IMG/VR virus record: IMGVR_UViG_3300033121_000719
Span: 68,784 to 132,783 of that record
Strand: one strand, 5' to 3'
DNA length: 64,000 nt
DNA from: a virus
Taxonomy: Duplodnaviria > Caudoviricetes
Shown here: positions 51,437 to 63,372 of the stretch, one piece after another
Numbering within the stretch: position 1 is the first letter of the stretch
How the letters are laid out: the number at the start of each line of letters is the position of its first letter
The notes under the pieces: generated by a model
Told to the model about the DNA's origin: nothing
What the model saw: only the letters and a program-made list of their open reading frames with translations
Database searches by the model: none
Position numbers and translations under genes: made by a program

Positions 51437-52232
51437 GATATTTGTCTCCTGTTATATAGCATGAAAAAGATAATTTTATTGGGTTAAATATTCCAATATG
51501 GATCAATCCATATTTTTAAAGACCAGTTTTTTCTATTATTTTGCCATTTGGAAGTAGGATAAAATAAAGAAAATACAACCATAGCAATTTGCCATTCATA
51601 AGCTACACTTCCCTTAAATGGTTTACGAATTAAATTTTTAAACATTTTATCCTCCAAACACATGAAAGGTTCATTTCATTATACTAACAATTTGAAATAC
51701 AATAATTTTGCTTTTTTGCTAATGTCTTTGACTTTCACCCATTCAGTAAAGCAGTAATCATAACTGCCTTGAATAGTATATTTTTCACAATCAATTTGAT
51801 ATTTTAAAATGTATTCGTCCATGTTATACCTTTTCTGTTATAGTTAATGAAAAGCTCATTTCATAGGGTAAACTTCTTTTATTTTTTCATGGTCTGTTTT
51901 GACAAAAAATATCATTGAGTTATACCGTCCGTTTTGTGCAGTATGTTCAACCTCTACATTATCATCAAACCTAATCAGAATTTCACCAGCACCATGTTTT
52001 TCATAGTTGAGAGTATTCTCATTACTAATAAACAAGATTCCGTATTCTTCAATATCACCATGAATACTCATGCAATCATTAATAGATAAGTATTTTGGCT
52101 TAAAATCAACGTTCAATACTAGAGTGGTGTCATTGTTTAATAGTTCTGTTATTGAAATAACCCATCCCATATCGTCATTCACCGTTAAGCGATAATTCAT
52201 AACAACCTACATTATTGTCTATAAAAACATAG

Positions 52233-52303
52233 TTCAACATATTGGATTTGAACCAATGACTTCAGGTATATGAGCCTGTCCTCTGCCTCTGAGGTAATGT
52301 TGA
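52233..52303 (-). tRNA. Degenerate tRNA-Met(CAU)-like gene
   Basis: TCAACAT/ATGTTGA; CCTC-AGAGGCA-GAGG; CAGG-CTCATATA-CCTG (8-nt loop); ATTGG-TTCAAAT-CCAAT. Confidence 0.6.
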
Positions 52304-53890
52304 ATCACTTACACAACTTCAATTTTACAATATCAGAACAGTAAATCTCAAAATTACTGCTCTAATTCAACAATTTGAAATTTCCACGTAGGATAAAGCT
52401 CAGAAAGACAGTTTACCCTTCTCTGAGCTTTATTTCTTGAAACTGGAAAACCAATCAAAGTGTCCCAACAATTTGTTGTATCTCGTAAATAGATGATAAC
52501 ACATTTCATGCCCATCTTACATCTCCTTTCAAAACCCTATGAAATACAAGTTTTATTATATCTTTGAAACCCTAATATAAGTTACAACTTTCTGCACTTT
52601 ATACTTAGGATAATCGCTATCTCCAGCTTCATCGTTGAAAGATGAATAATAACTTAAATCTTCAATGATAGGATAGCGTTTTTCTCTTGCGTAATGTTTC
52701 CTTTTGGACTCATCAACCCACGCAAGATATTCTGCTTCACACGAAGGGCAAACTGCTTTAGCGACAATCATTCCTTCATATTCTTCAAAATAAACATGAG
52801 ATTCTTCTTTTGTAATTACGTGAGGAATTTCCACCAATTCAGGAGTATTCCCACAATGAACACAAGTTGTTACACATAAGTTTCTTGACATTTTATCCTC
52901 CAAGATAAAAGTATGTTTTTATTCTAATATTCCAAAATAACCATGTCATTGGCAGGAATAAAAGTTGTTCTGTGGTTTTTGACACAGATTGCATTGTCAT
53001 GTTGATGCACAGCCTTAATAAACTCTTCCGTACTTCCACGAAAAGAATCTACTAAGAAAGTAAACATAAAAAAGTGTTGACCAACTTTAAGTTCTTGAAA
53101 CATTTTTCCGTTCATTACTCACCTCACAAAAGCGTGTTTTGTTACTTTACTTCCTCATACCAATCAAGCGCAGGTAAAGCACCAGCACCATATCCAGCGC
53201 GGTTGAAAGCATCTGCAATTGATGTGCCTTCAACTGTTTCAGTCTTTCCAGTAAGCCAATGCAAAATATATTTTTTCATGTTACATCTCCTATTATAGCT
53301 TTGTTTTGTTCCAATTGTTACTTGTTATCAATGGTGTAATTGATTCCAGTCTTTCATATACTGCCCAAGAGCAAGTAGAAGGACTGATGTTCCAATTCTC
53401 TGCCACTTCCTCCATCAAATTAACTGCGTTGATTGTCAAGAGTTCTGGTTTACAATCGCAACGAGTTTTGTTAGCAATCAAGACATTCCCCTGTCTAATT
53501 GAAATAAAAAAAGACTTCATGAATCATTCTCCTTTTATATGTTTATCAACCCCAATATTCCCAAGAACCTTTACAACCACAATCAACAAGTTTAGTATAG
53601 CCTCTCTTGTCATAGGTGTTATACGATTCTGACCTACAATACACAACAAACTGTGTGTTATTGATAGGTTTAACAATCCAACCAACGGCAGAGTTTACAT
53701 AAAACTTTTCTGCAAATTTATGCTTACATAACCAATCAAGTATTCCCATTTTTGTTTTCAATTCATGGGAATAACAACAATTAGCGTTATCAGTAACCTC
53801 AACACCATAAACCATATTATATCTCCTTATAATTATTGTTTAATGTTTTCACTCTAACAATTAAGCTAGAGTGAAACGAATCAGCAAGAA

Positions 53891-54253
53891 TTATTTAATC
53901 AGTTCTGCAAAAACAATATTCTTGTAAAGAGAATAAAAATTATTTCTATTCCCAACAATATGAAAATGATATTTTTTACCAACCTCCAACATAAACAAAT
54001 AGTCGCCAGAGTTCCACTTACCGTACCACCAATTATCGCTATTGGAATAGATATTCTTTATTCCATCTTCATCCTGTAAGACAAAGAAAGTATAACCATT
54101 TTCAACTTCTTTACTTACCACAACAGCATCCATTTCAAAGTAATTGGTATTGGAAATAGTCATTGGTATAACTAAACCTATTACAGCAATCAATACAAGC
54201 AAAACAACCATCATAACAATCACAACATCTTCAAGAACATCTTCAAGTTCCAT
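53891..54253 (-). CDS. Membrane-anchored phage protein (DUF1523-like)
   Basis: N-terminal TM; NSDNWWYGKWNS, VGKKYHF.IVG.R. Confidence 0.55.
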   Translation of the reverse strand: MELEDVLEDVVIVMMVVLLVLIAVIGLVIPMTISNTNYFEMDAVVVSKEVENGYTFFVLQDEDGIKNIYSNSDNWWYGKWNSGDYLFMLEVGKKYHFHIVGNRNNFYSLYKNIVFAELIK

Positions 54254-55221
54254 TTTTATTCTCCTTTTTGAAGTTTTGAATATTTCTAATATTACAGACT
54301 ATCCAAATATCTTATACATTCCTCAAGTATTTGTTCTTGATTCATGTCTTGATTTGGAACGCAAACATTGAAATAATTTTCCTTTCTTTTGTATAAAAAT
54401 ACAAATTGTGAAATTTTCACATATTCTTCAACGCCAGTTTCTACAAAAAAATCCTTCCTGTAGTTGCCCTCTCTTAAAATAGAATAAAGTTGGTATTTAC
54501 GATTCAAATATGTCTTATGTCCACAATGAGATACGTAACTTTGTTTCTTTTTTTTGTCATAATTCAATCTGTATAAATCTTTTGACAAGGCACAAACTGT
54601 GTTGTATATTGAAAAAAGTATAAGCAGAGAATATAATTGAAAAATAAACGCAGGAATCCAATTTTTATCTACAAAATAACTTAAACACAATGCTTCATCA
54701 TAAATAAAAACGGAAAAAAGAAGTACTAGAAATATTTTGTTTGTCATGGCTGTTTTCTCCATGATACAATATCAAATGGATTACAAACTTGCTGGTTTGC
54801 TTCTATTCTTGCCTGTATCTCTTTTATCCAGCACTTGAAACATAAAAATATACCAGAACCACCTCCAGTATCAAGGCGTTTAACCTTTTTTACTTTGGAA
54901 CAACTATCACATACACTAATCATATTAGACTCCTCTATCTAATTTTACTTTTGTATTCTATTGAGAATATGGTCGTATCCTTCTTGACAATCTCAACGTT
55001 ATCAATTAGAGGATTACAACCAACAATTCCAGATTCAATATCTTTGAGTGCTTGTGCTAAACTGTTATATGGCAACGACCTTAAAGATGAGCCATTCACA
55101 CGAATTTCAAAAACAGTTTTAGTTTTATGTTCCTCTATATTATACATATTTTCCTTTTTTTGTGGTCTAATTTATAACCTCATTCTCATCCTCAATCGTG
55201 TTGATTGAGGATGATGAGACA

Positions 55222-55953
55222 CTACAAATTAGTTATTGCTAACCATGATTCATGGTCATCACGAAGTTCATCTGTTATCTTGTCCATCTCAGCGAGAACG
55301 GAATCGCTTGGCATTTTTTCCCAATAGAAAATGATCTTGTCTTGTTTGGTTTCAAATGTAATTTGATTATTTCTAAAGTAACCAAACTCCATGCCCATAC
55401 GATCTGAAAACAAACGAGCAAACTTCTTTGCGGACTCTGTTTTGCTGTAATCGTCTTCGTCTTCCGCGATATTGGCAAAGAGCCATTTATAGGAAAGAGT
55501 AGCAATAGGGACAATAACATCACTCTCTTCCTCAACAATAACGTCATCAGCGTTATCGTCATCATCGTCAAGAGGAATCATTTCGTCCTCAATCTCATCA
55601 TCAGTTTCAAACTCATCATAACCTTTTTTCTTTGCCATTTCAATCATTTCTCCTTTTGTTCTTGTTGCGTCAATTTCTTTTTGTCGTTCTTCTTGAATCT
55701 GCACAAGTTTAGATTCAAGAGTCTCTTTGACAATACGAGCATTTACAAGGTTGCGTTGCAAATTCTCTCCAAATTCAGCAACCCTATAACTGTACTTGTA
55801 ATTTCCATCTTTGTCTGGTTGATAATACTCAACCAACCAAACCATTTCAATTGTCTTGTTATGCAGTATCCGTTCTGGTTTGTTTTTTTCCAAAAACGGA
55901 ACGTCAATCTTGACAATCTGTATCTCATATTTGATAAAAGGATAGTATGACAT
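55222..55953 (-). CDS. Acidic hypothetical protein
   Basis: ORF with RBS; D/E-rich linker. Confidence 0.65.
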   Translation of the reverse strand: MSYYPFIKYEIQIVKIDVPFLEKNKPERILHNKTIEMVWLVEYYQPDKDGNYKYSYRVAEFGENLQRNLVNARIVKETLESKLVQIQEERQKEIDATRTKGEMIEMAKKKGYDEFETDDEIEDEMIPLDDDDDNADDVIVEEESDVIVPIATLSYKWLFANIAEDEDDYSKTESAKKFARLFSDRMGMEFGYFRNNQITFETKQDKIIFYWEKMPSDSVLAEMDKITDELRDDHESWLAITNL

Positions 55954-56578
55954 GATATTCTCCTAAAATAAAATAAGACCACAGTATTGGGCTAATTCAA
56001 TTGCGGCAACAATGATGCAACCAATCAATAAAACTATTCCACTACATCCAGCACCAGCTTTGTGTGCCATATCATTTCCTCCAATCAAGCAAATTCTTTG
56101 CTGTATCATCAGCAATCCGCACCCATGACTTAAGTTCAGGATTATAGATTGCCCAAGTATACATTGTTTCTTTATTCATCACATAACTTCCCCAACCAAA
56201 CATGGTATCAACAGTTTCGTAGATGTGGCAAACATCAAACTGAACAACAATACCAGTGCCACCAACACAAACCAGCATATCGTTTACCATGCGTCACCTT
56301 CCTTTTGACAACGATTGTATGAATTGAGGGTATCCTCAATACAATCTTCAATCACCTTTGAGGTTTGTTCTTCATCCAGAGAAACAGCAGGATTGTTATT
56401 TCTCCAAGAACGAACAACAAATTGTTTTTGAATATCTTTGGTGGTAAACTCAATAGTTTCCCATCCAATTTTCTTCAATTGTTCAGTTACGTCCTTTTGA
56501 AATGAGCGCAACGCTCTCAACGCAGTAGGACGAATAGAAGTGTAATATTCATGTGTGCTTACTAGAATATTGCTCATG

Positions 56579-57118
56579 TTAGAACTCCTTATCCATTGAT
56601 AAATTGGTAAAATGTTTCATAATTTCAATGGCATCAGTAACGTGACGCTTATCGTCAGCCCAATAAACTTCAGCCATCGTTCTTGCACCCAAAAAATTCT
56701 CTTCATATTCATGCAAAAATACCTTAAAGGTGTAGTCAGCATCCTTATGAAGAGACAGGGAATACTTTTTCCCGTTATGGATTGTTTTTTGTCCAGTAAC
56801 CACTCCGCAACGTGGGCAAACAAAGAAGTGATTGTCTACCATTACTTCACCACAATCCTTGCAGATAAACATTCCAAAGGTCTGAATATCTTTTAGGAAA
56901 GTTTGCTTGAATAAATCTTCCATATCTTTGACGTAAAGAACTTCAATATGGTCAACCAACTGCCAATAATCATTAGCTAATATTTCATCGTAGGGTTTCA
57001 GATCAATTGCTTTTTTATTGCGTTGTGTCCATTTGTTGCCAATGGACACAACATCGTCACCTTTGAACAAACAGGTTGAAACATTATTCTTTTTATAAAC
57101 TCTAACGTAGGTTTCCAT
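56579..57118 (-). CDS. Hypothetical protein with zinc ribbon
   Basis: CKDCG...CPRCG; preceded by promoter at 57156-57184. Confidence 0.65.
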   Translation of the reverse strand: METYVRVYKKNNVSTCLFKGDDVVSIGNKWTQRNKKAIDLKPYDEILANDYWQLVDHIEVLYVKDMEDLFKQTFLKDIQTFGMFICKDCGEVMVDNHFFVCPRCGVVTGQKTIHNGKKYSLSLHKDADYTFKVFLHEYEENFLGARTMAEVYWADDKRHVTDAIEIMKHFTNLSMDKEF

Positions 57119-57189
57119 AGCTGGCCTCCTTAAGCCAAAACTTTTCTATAGTTTAATTATACCACTTTTTGAGGTGCAAGTCAAGAGTT

Positions 57190-58581
57190 TTAGAAATTAT
57201 GTTTATTTTCTTCAAACCACTTGATTGCAGATTCGTGATCTGTTATCAGACCTTCAACCTGAGCTTCAAATGAAGCAGAAATAATTTTTCCAAACAAGGG
57301 ACTTGGTTTCAGTCCAGCTTTGATTAAATCTCTGCCCATTAAGTGAGGTTTAGGTGCTTCCAGAATAACATCAACTTCTGACGCTATCCTCATTAATTCG
57401 CGCAAACTGTTGGGGATGTTTACAATTCTCAATGAGCCTTCTGGTAATCTACCTGAATGATCTGCTGTTATTACAAAAGACAACAGATATAAGCTGGCAG
57501 GTTGCAGGCGTAACGATAAACGTCTTACAAAAGATTTTGAAAATGTCCCATCCTGCTTGTTTTTTACATGAGCCAGGTGGTTTGCTATCAACACTGTTAT
57601 TTTGTCAATGGACTCTGTGTCCATTTTTAACCACTCTAAAAATCCTCTTGCAATAGAAGCACCCGTCTGGTCGTGTCCATGAGTGGTGATTTTGCCGTCA
57701 ATAACTGCTGTTGTTGAGGGTTTTCCAACATCATGTAATAAAGATGACCACATAATGACTCTTGCGTCCTCATAGGGAATGTTATTCTCAATAATGAGCA
57801 TCTTTGCAAAGTCAACAACCTGTAATGTATGTTCCCACACATCCCCTTCTGGATGCCAAGTAAATTCCTGTGGGCAACCAACCAGATTGTCTAAAGTAGA
57901 GAAACAAGATAACCAACCAGAGTCTTGCAACGCTCTCAAACCTTTGGATACATTGACACCCTTCATCAACAGCTTGTCAAATTCTGTTAATATGCGCTCA
58001 GGTGTCAATGTATGAAATTCAGATTTTATGTCCTTTGCTAATGCTAAAGTTTCAGGTGAGGGAGTTAAATTGAATCTAGCACAAAACTGAGCCATTCTCA
58101 AAACCCTCAAAGGGTCTTCTGAAAAGTGACTTGAGGTGTGCTTGATAATACCATTGTCTAAATCCTGTTTGCCCCCAAAAGGATCAATAATGGTATCTGT
58201 GAATATATCATAATACATAGCGTTCATCGTGAAGTCGCGCCGTAAAGCGGCTTCTTCTGGTGTCATGGTTGAATCAGTTTCAGGAATAAAACCTTTGTGT
58301 CCTGTTCCTGATTTAGATTCTCTGCGTGGTAACGAAATATCAATATCGTCACCATGAGCGATATTCAACTTGATAATCCCAAAAGACTCACCAACCAGAT
58401 TAGGAGTCCCAAATTTAAAGATAACTTCCATTAGTTTGGTTTTGGATAATCCAAAAACCTCAATGTCAACATCTTTGGGACTTAAACCTAAATATAAATC
58501 CCTTGCATACCCTCCCACAACATAAGGAGTACCACCAGCCTCTTTTATTGCATATAACAATTCAATAGTTTTGTCTTTCAT
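57190..58581 (-). CDS. cca: CCA-adding tRNA nucleotidyltransferase with HD domain
   Basis: VGGYARD, DVDIE, RRDFTMNAM, EDPLRVLR, ERI, HPEGDVWEH, LLHDVGK. Confidence 0.92.
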   Translation of the reverse strand: MKDKTIELLYAIKEAGGTPYVVGGYARDLYLGLSPKDVDIEVFGLSKTKLMEVIFKFGTPNLVGESFGIIKLNIAHGDDIDISLPRRESKSGTGHKGFIPETDSTMTPEEAALRRDFTMNAMYYDIFTDTIIDPFGGKQDLDNGIIKHTSSHFSEDPLRVLRMAQFCARFNLTPSPETLALAKDIKSEFHTLTPERILTEFDKLLMKGVNVSKGLRALQDSGWLSCFSTLDNLVGCPQEFTWHPEGDVWEHTLQVVDFAKMLIIENNIPYEDARVIMWSSLLHDVGKPSTTAVIDGKITTHGHDQTGASIARGFLEWLKMDTESIDKITVLIANHLAHVKNKQDGTFSKSFVRRLSLRLQPASLYLLSFVITADHSGRLPEGSLRIVNIPNSLRELMRIASEVDVILEAPKPHLMGRDLIKAGLKPSPLFGKIISASFEAQVEGLITDHESAIKWFEENKHNF

Positions 58582-58670
58582 AGCCTTCTCCTTTGGCTTG
58601 TTATTTTCTAATCTTATTGATTAGATTAACCTTATCTTTAGCTAAAAAACTAAAGATAAGGGTAACTCAA

Positions 58671-59129
58671 TCAATAATCAAGTGTCTTCCCTTTTTTGAC
58701 AAAAACTTCTTTTTTGTCATCAACGATAATATCATTGTTTTCAATCATTTTGGCAAACTTTTTGAATAACTCAAACTGTTTACTGTTGGTGATATTCTCT
58801 GCTTTGATTACGTTTTCTAAAAACGCATTAACGCAGAGGTCAATGTAATCAGGGATGCCATAAAAGAAGTGTCTCATATCATCTTTTGTGATAACGATTC
58901 TTGATTCCTCATCGTCATCGTGACCAATGATAACTGGATTCTGTGGAATGAGGTGACAAACACCATCAGTAAGACCAACATAAAAACCTTCAAAATGAGT
59001 CCCAAGCGGGAATCTCAAAAATACAACCTTGACGTCATTTTTGAGGCACATCAACACACCTCTTTCAGTAAGGTGTGTAAACACCTGTGTTCCACCATAG
59101 TCAGTCATAACCTGATAGCTTTTATCCAT
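58671..59129 (-). CDS. Hypothetical protein
   Basis: ORF with AGGAGA RBS. Confidence 0.6.
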   Translation of the reverse strand: MDKSYQVMTDYGGTQVFTHLTERGVLMCLKNDVKVVFLRFPLGTHFEGFYVGLTDGVCHLIPQNPVIIGHDDDEESRIVITKDDMRHFFYGIPDYIDLCVNAFLENVIKAENITNSKQFELFKKFAKMIENNDIIVDDKKEVFVKKGKTLDY

Positions 59130-60339
59130 TTTATTTTCTCCTGTTATGTAAATTATTTTACCAAATCAATCAATCTCTGGTCTGCGTAGAACTCACCAGA
59201 ACAAAAAACCAAAACTTTTGTTGAGCCGCTAACATAACGTTCATAATTGAACGCTTGTGAATATTGTAAACCATTAGGAAACACCTCAAGGTGCTTGTCT
59301 TTAAGGATGCAATCCTCAATTTTACAGTAAGTCTTACGGTCAATTTTTACCATAAAAATCTCCTTGTTTATTCTAATCAGGATTGATTAGATAAGCCTTA
59401 CCAATAACTGATTATCTGTTATCAGTAAGGATTACTTAATCAATAAAGTTTAACAAACCCAAACTCATTCACCTTGAATAATGGGCAGGAATAGCCAACA
59501 TAATTGGTTGCGTCAACCACATACCCCTTTTTTACGTAGCCCACTATATCTTTTTTTGATAAGTGACCAATAAATACTTTGTTGTGATTGCGAGTATTGG
59601 GATCACGCACTTCAACAAGTAAACGTTCTTCGCGTTCTGCTTCTTGTTTGTTGTGCATCTGTTCCCTGATGTATTCAGCGTGGATGTTATGCTCACTTAT
59701 TGGCAACCCATCCAGTTTATAAGCAGGCACAAAACAACCTCTGCCATACTCTTGTTTGAATTGCACCATTGAGGTATTTAACCTATTTCCAAAATATTCC
59801 TTAATATCTCTTGTAATCATCTTACCTCCACCATATTTTCAGCAGGAATAAAACCAAATTTGAATTTTTCACCAAACATCAAAAAACAATTGGTAATCTT
59901 TCCGTCATCTGACTTCTTTTTGCCCATCTTAATTCCATTTACAATCCCAAAGCCAGATATAACAGTCTTGAAAGATTCGCCTTCTTTTAGCGTATGAAAC
60001 TTTACTAACATAACAGCCTCCTTAAGCGTAAATGGTCACTTTGGGCGCACAGCCCTTAACTTTTGGATATTCAACCTTCCAAACAATTCTGGAAGAGTCA
60101 AAGATATGGACTTTATAATATGTCTTTGAATACTTTGTATTCTCAACAATAAAACGTTGCTTCAATAAAATGTCCTTTTTATTGGCCTTATATTCAGCTA
60201 CTTCATCCAGACACTTCTGCTTCATGTTATTTAATTCTGATTGTGTTATCATGTTATCTTCCTTTTATCTAATTTTTATATAACCATTTTATCCCTCATC
60301 TCATCATTCAAGATGAGGGATATGATTGTTATACAAAAA

Positions 60340-61989
60340 CTAGCAGATGAAATTCAGACTGAATTTTGGTCTGGTGTACGCAACATATTTAAGGTTGCGT
60401 TCTTGCTGTTTTTGCTCATCTGTAGTGGCCTTCAACCCTTCCAATAAGCCAGGTTCCAATATATAAACATTGTCTGCTTCGCTACCTTTTGACCTGTGGA
60501 CTGTGGAAAATACTACGCCATCACAGTCATCACTAAATAATGAGTCAATATTATCCAGAACATCTTGCAGACTATTTGCATCTTCAGACAATGCCCGTAA
60601 AGTGTCTACCTTGTCGTGCATCTCTGAATTATCAATTTTACGCCGTAACGCCTTCTCATCCTCTTCCTCAAGGAAGGTTTCAAGAGATTCTAAAATCTCA
60701 TCAATGGACGTTACATCATATTTTTTAGATATTCTGGACATGAGGTCTTTTAGTCCTTTGCCAATATCACGTCCCATGATGTTAGCTTTTACACCATTAC
60801 GAATTAAGGTGAAACATGGTTTCACCAGAGGCGCATTATTTCTGCATAACACCAGATCATTCACTTTGATATTCTCTAAAAACATATCGTAACTGATGTT
60901 ATTAACCTCTCCTTCAATGGCATTGGGTGAAGCATAAAAGTTAATTTCAGGAAACTCTTGATTGACCAGAGATACAACACTCTTTGGGCAACGATAGGTT
61001 ATATCTAATGGATACACTTCAGAGTCAAACAGATTACGCATAATATCCATAGCGCCACTGTCCGCACCTCTAAAAGCATAAATAGATTGGAATGGATCAC
61101 CAACCGTTATTACTCTTCCGTTATCATTCAAAGATTTTCTAATGAATGACATTTGAAGTTTGTTCTGGTCTTGTTGCTCATCAACCAGAATGACATCAAA
61201 TTTTTCTACTGAAACGTCATCATAAATGACGTTCCACAGTATCATATCCTCAAAATCAATTCGTGTCCTGTCTTCAACGGACGTATAAAATGTGTCCTGA
61301 GCCACCTGAATAAAATCAGGCATATCCATTGTTGGATTAAATCCAAACTTTTGGCACAATTCCTTAATCTGTTCTTCTGTACCCTGCATCAACAGGTCTT
61401 TCATCAGATTGACAACACTTTTAATCATGCCAAAGTTTGACATGATAATTTTGTACTGGTCACATTCTTTTGTCAAACCATAGTCAGTTAAAACTGACTG
61501 TAAGCATAATTTTGTTTTGTCCTCTTCCACAATAGGATTAGGCTTCAATCCAGAACGCTTGATGTTCTGAAAGCCCAGTGAGTGAGTGGTACAGCATTTT
61601 ACCCACTCAGGGACTTTGGCGGCTGTTCTATCAGCCGTTTTCTTATCAAACACTAAAAACGCTATTTTCAACGTTGAAGGCAGTAAATACAGACCTTCAA
61701 TAATTGTGGTGGTTTTGCCTGATCCAGCAACGGCATTAACCTGTAACGAACACTTGGAATCACGAATAGCCTTCCAGATATTATTTTGTCTATCTGAAGG
61801 CTTTGCAATTGGCGTTCTGCCAATTTTCTCAATTTTGGTAGATGTGTAAAGGTACTTTACAGTACCTTTACAGCGCGGGAATTTGCAGCAGCCATAAAAT
61901 TTATAGCCACTTTTTCCCGTCCTTAACTGCATCATCCCACCACACTTAGGACAGGTAGGAGTTTTGCTGTCGTCATAACTGTTATTCAT
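60340..61989 (-). CDS. UvrD/Rep-like SF1 helicase with N-terminal topoisomerase-type zinc finger
   Basis: CPKCGG...FYGCCKFPRC; AVAGSGKT, VDEQQD, VGDPFQSIY, TYRCP, STVHRSKGSE, YVAYTR; start MNNSY after GGAGGA. Confidence 0.9.
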   Translation of the reverse strand: MNNSYDDSKTPTCPKCGGMMQLRTGKSGYKFYGCCKFPRCKGTVKYLYTSTKIEKIGRTPIAKPSDRQNNIWKAIRDSKCSLQVNAVAGSGKTTTIIEGLYLLPSTLKIAFLVFDKKTADRTAAKVPEWVKCCTTHSLGFQNIKRSGLKPNPIVEEDKTKLCLQSVLTDYGLTKECDQYKIIMSNFGMIKSVVNLMKDLLMQGTEEQIKELCQKFGFNPTMDMPDFIQVAQDTFYTSVEDRTRIDFEDMILWNVIYDDVSVEKFDVILVDEQQDQNKLQMSFIRKSLNDNGRVITVGDPFQSIYAFRGADSGAMDIMRNLFDSEVYPLDITYRCPKSVVSLVNQEFPEINFYASPNAIEGEVNNISYDMFLENIKVNDLVLCRNNAPLVKPCFTLIRNGVKANIMGRDIGKGLKDLMSRISKKYDVTSIDEILESLETFLEEEDEKALRRKIDNSEMHDKVDTLRALSEDANSLQDVLDNIDSLFSDDCDGVVFSTVHRSKGSEADNVYILEPGLLEGLKATTDEQKQQERNLKYVAYTRPKFSLNFIC

Positions 61990-62088
61990 AAATAGTCCTC
62001 CTTTTTGACTATTGCGATATAAAATATTATAACACAATGATTACCTTCCAGTCAAGATATAATCAAAACTGGAAGGTAAGGTATCATA

Positions 62089-63372
62089 TTATAACTTGAG
62101 AAGCATACTTGCCAGCTTTGCGCCAAGCGTGGCAATCATATTTGAATGTTCATCAGTCAGATCACCAGCACCTGACAGGATGTGAGCAAGCTCATGGATA
62201 AAGACCATCATGGCCTTCTCTGCTGTATCAAAGGCTTCAGGACGCATCCTGATAACCTTTGTTTGTAAGTTTGCGTCACCAACGCTGTGAGGCAGGTCAG
62301 CTAAAACAACTTTCTCATAATAACCCAACTTCACCCCCAGTTTTTTGACAATCAGGTAGTTTTTCTTTTGGGTTTGGGTCAGGATACTTTCAGGCAGTTT
62401 GAACGCTTTGTCACCAGCCTGTTTAATTGTCCATTCAGCATCAGTCATTATGCCTGCATCAAGCATAACGGAACGGATACTGCCACCAATATCCATCCTA
62501 ATTACTTTGGCCTTACGATGTTTGGCTTCGTTGGCATAGGCCATATCAGTAAACAAAACGGCGTTCTCACCAAACAAGGCGTACCATGCCGTTTTGATTG
62601 TCTCGCCAAGAGCATCATTATTTCTGACGCTCATGTACGACTCTTTGGGAACGAAGCCGTCATTGACTTCGTAAATCATCTTGAACAAAACTTCCCAATC
62701 AGCAGGCTCGTAATTGTTCTCCCAGATGTCACCAACAAAATTCTGTATATCCCATGCTGAAGCACTCTTACGATCGCGATTCAGCGTGACATTCTTAAGA
62801 GCGTTGTATCCAAAAGCATAACCTTCAAGGTCTTGAATATATACACCTTTGACAAACAGGCCGCAATTGTCAAGTATTTGGCCTTGACCTTCAATGGTCT
62901 TAAGGACTTCATCTTGACGGTTTACCATAAATAATTCGTCATAAGTTGATTCATGCCATCCACTTATGATAATCTCAGTGCCTTGATGATGTGGGTTATC
63001 ATCAGTATATTCCAGTTTAAAAACTGGCTCGTCACCCAACGAGTCTATGGCATTGTTGATAACAAGATTGTTACTTGTTATCGTGACATCATGGCCTTCA
63101 CGAGTCAAGATCATTAATGCAACTTTCAGACCTTCACCAAACTGCCCAATTGCTTCAGCAGATTGGCGAGATTCTGACTTGCCAATAGCAAACATTGAAA
63201 GGCTCAGGCCATCACCTGAATCTTTGATAACAAGGCTATCATCAACCTTGTTAATTGAATATTGAGTCTTGGTGTCCATGCAATTGGACACCAGCTCACG
63301 GATAGCGTCACGACTCGTCCAGTCGTGAACATATCCAAAACTCATATTATAGTTAATACTCTTTTTATCCAT
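62089..63372 (-). CDS. GHKL (HATPase_c) ATPase with C-terminal HEXXH zincin motif
   Basis: AIRELVSNCMD, IKDSGDG, IGQFGEGLK, GTEI; IHELAH. Confidence 0.75.
   Translation of the reverse strand: MDKKSINYNMSFGYVHDWTSRDAIRELVSNCMDTKTQYSINKVDDSLVIKDSGDGLSLSMFAIGKSESRQSAEAIGQFGEGLKVALMILTREGHDVTITSNNLVINNAIDSLGDEPVFKLEYTDDNPHHQGTEIIISGWHESTYDELFMVNRQDEVLKTIEGQGQILDNCGLFVKGVYIQDLEGYAFGYNALKNVTLNRDRKSASAWDIQNFVGDIWENNYEPADWEVLFKMIYEVNDGFVPKESYMSVRNNDALGETIKTAWYALFGENAVLFTDMAYANEAKHRKAKVIRMDIGGSIRSVMLDAGIMTDAEWTIKQAGDKAFKLPESILTQTQKKNYLIVKKLGVKLGYYEKVVLADLPHSVGDANLQTKVIRMRPEAFDTAEKAMMVFIHELAHILSGAGDLTDEHSNMIATLGAKLASMLLKL

Larger units (their letters stand above)
47137..52922. repeat. Second cluster of 18-bp ATRAAA-N6-TTTYAT junction repeats
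   Basis: Copies start at 47621, 48486, 49618, 51662, 51847, 52539, 52905; variants at 47137 (right arm TCTTAT) and 51461 (7-bp spacer). Confidence 0.8.
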
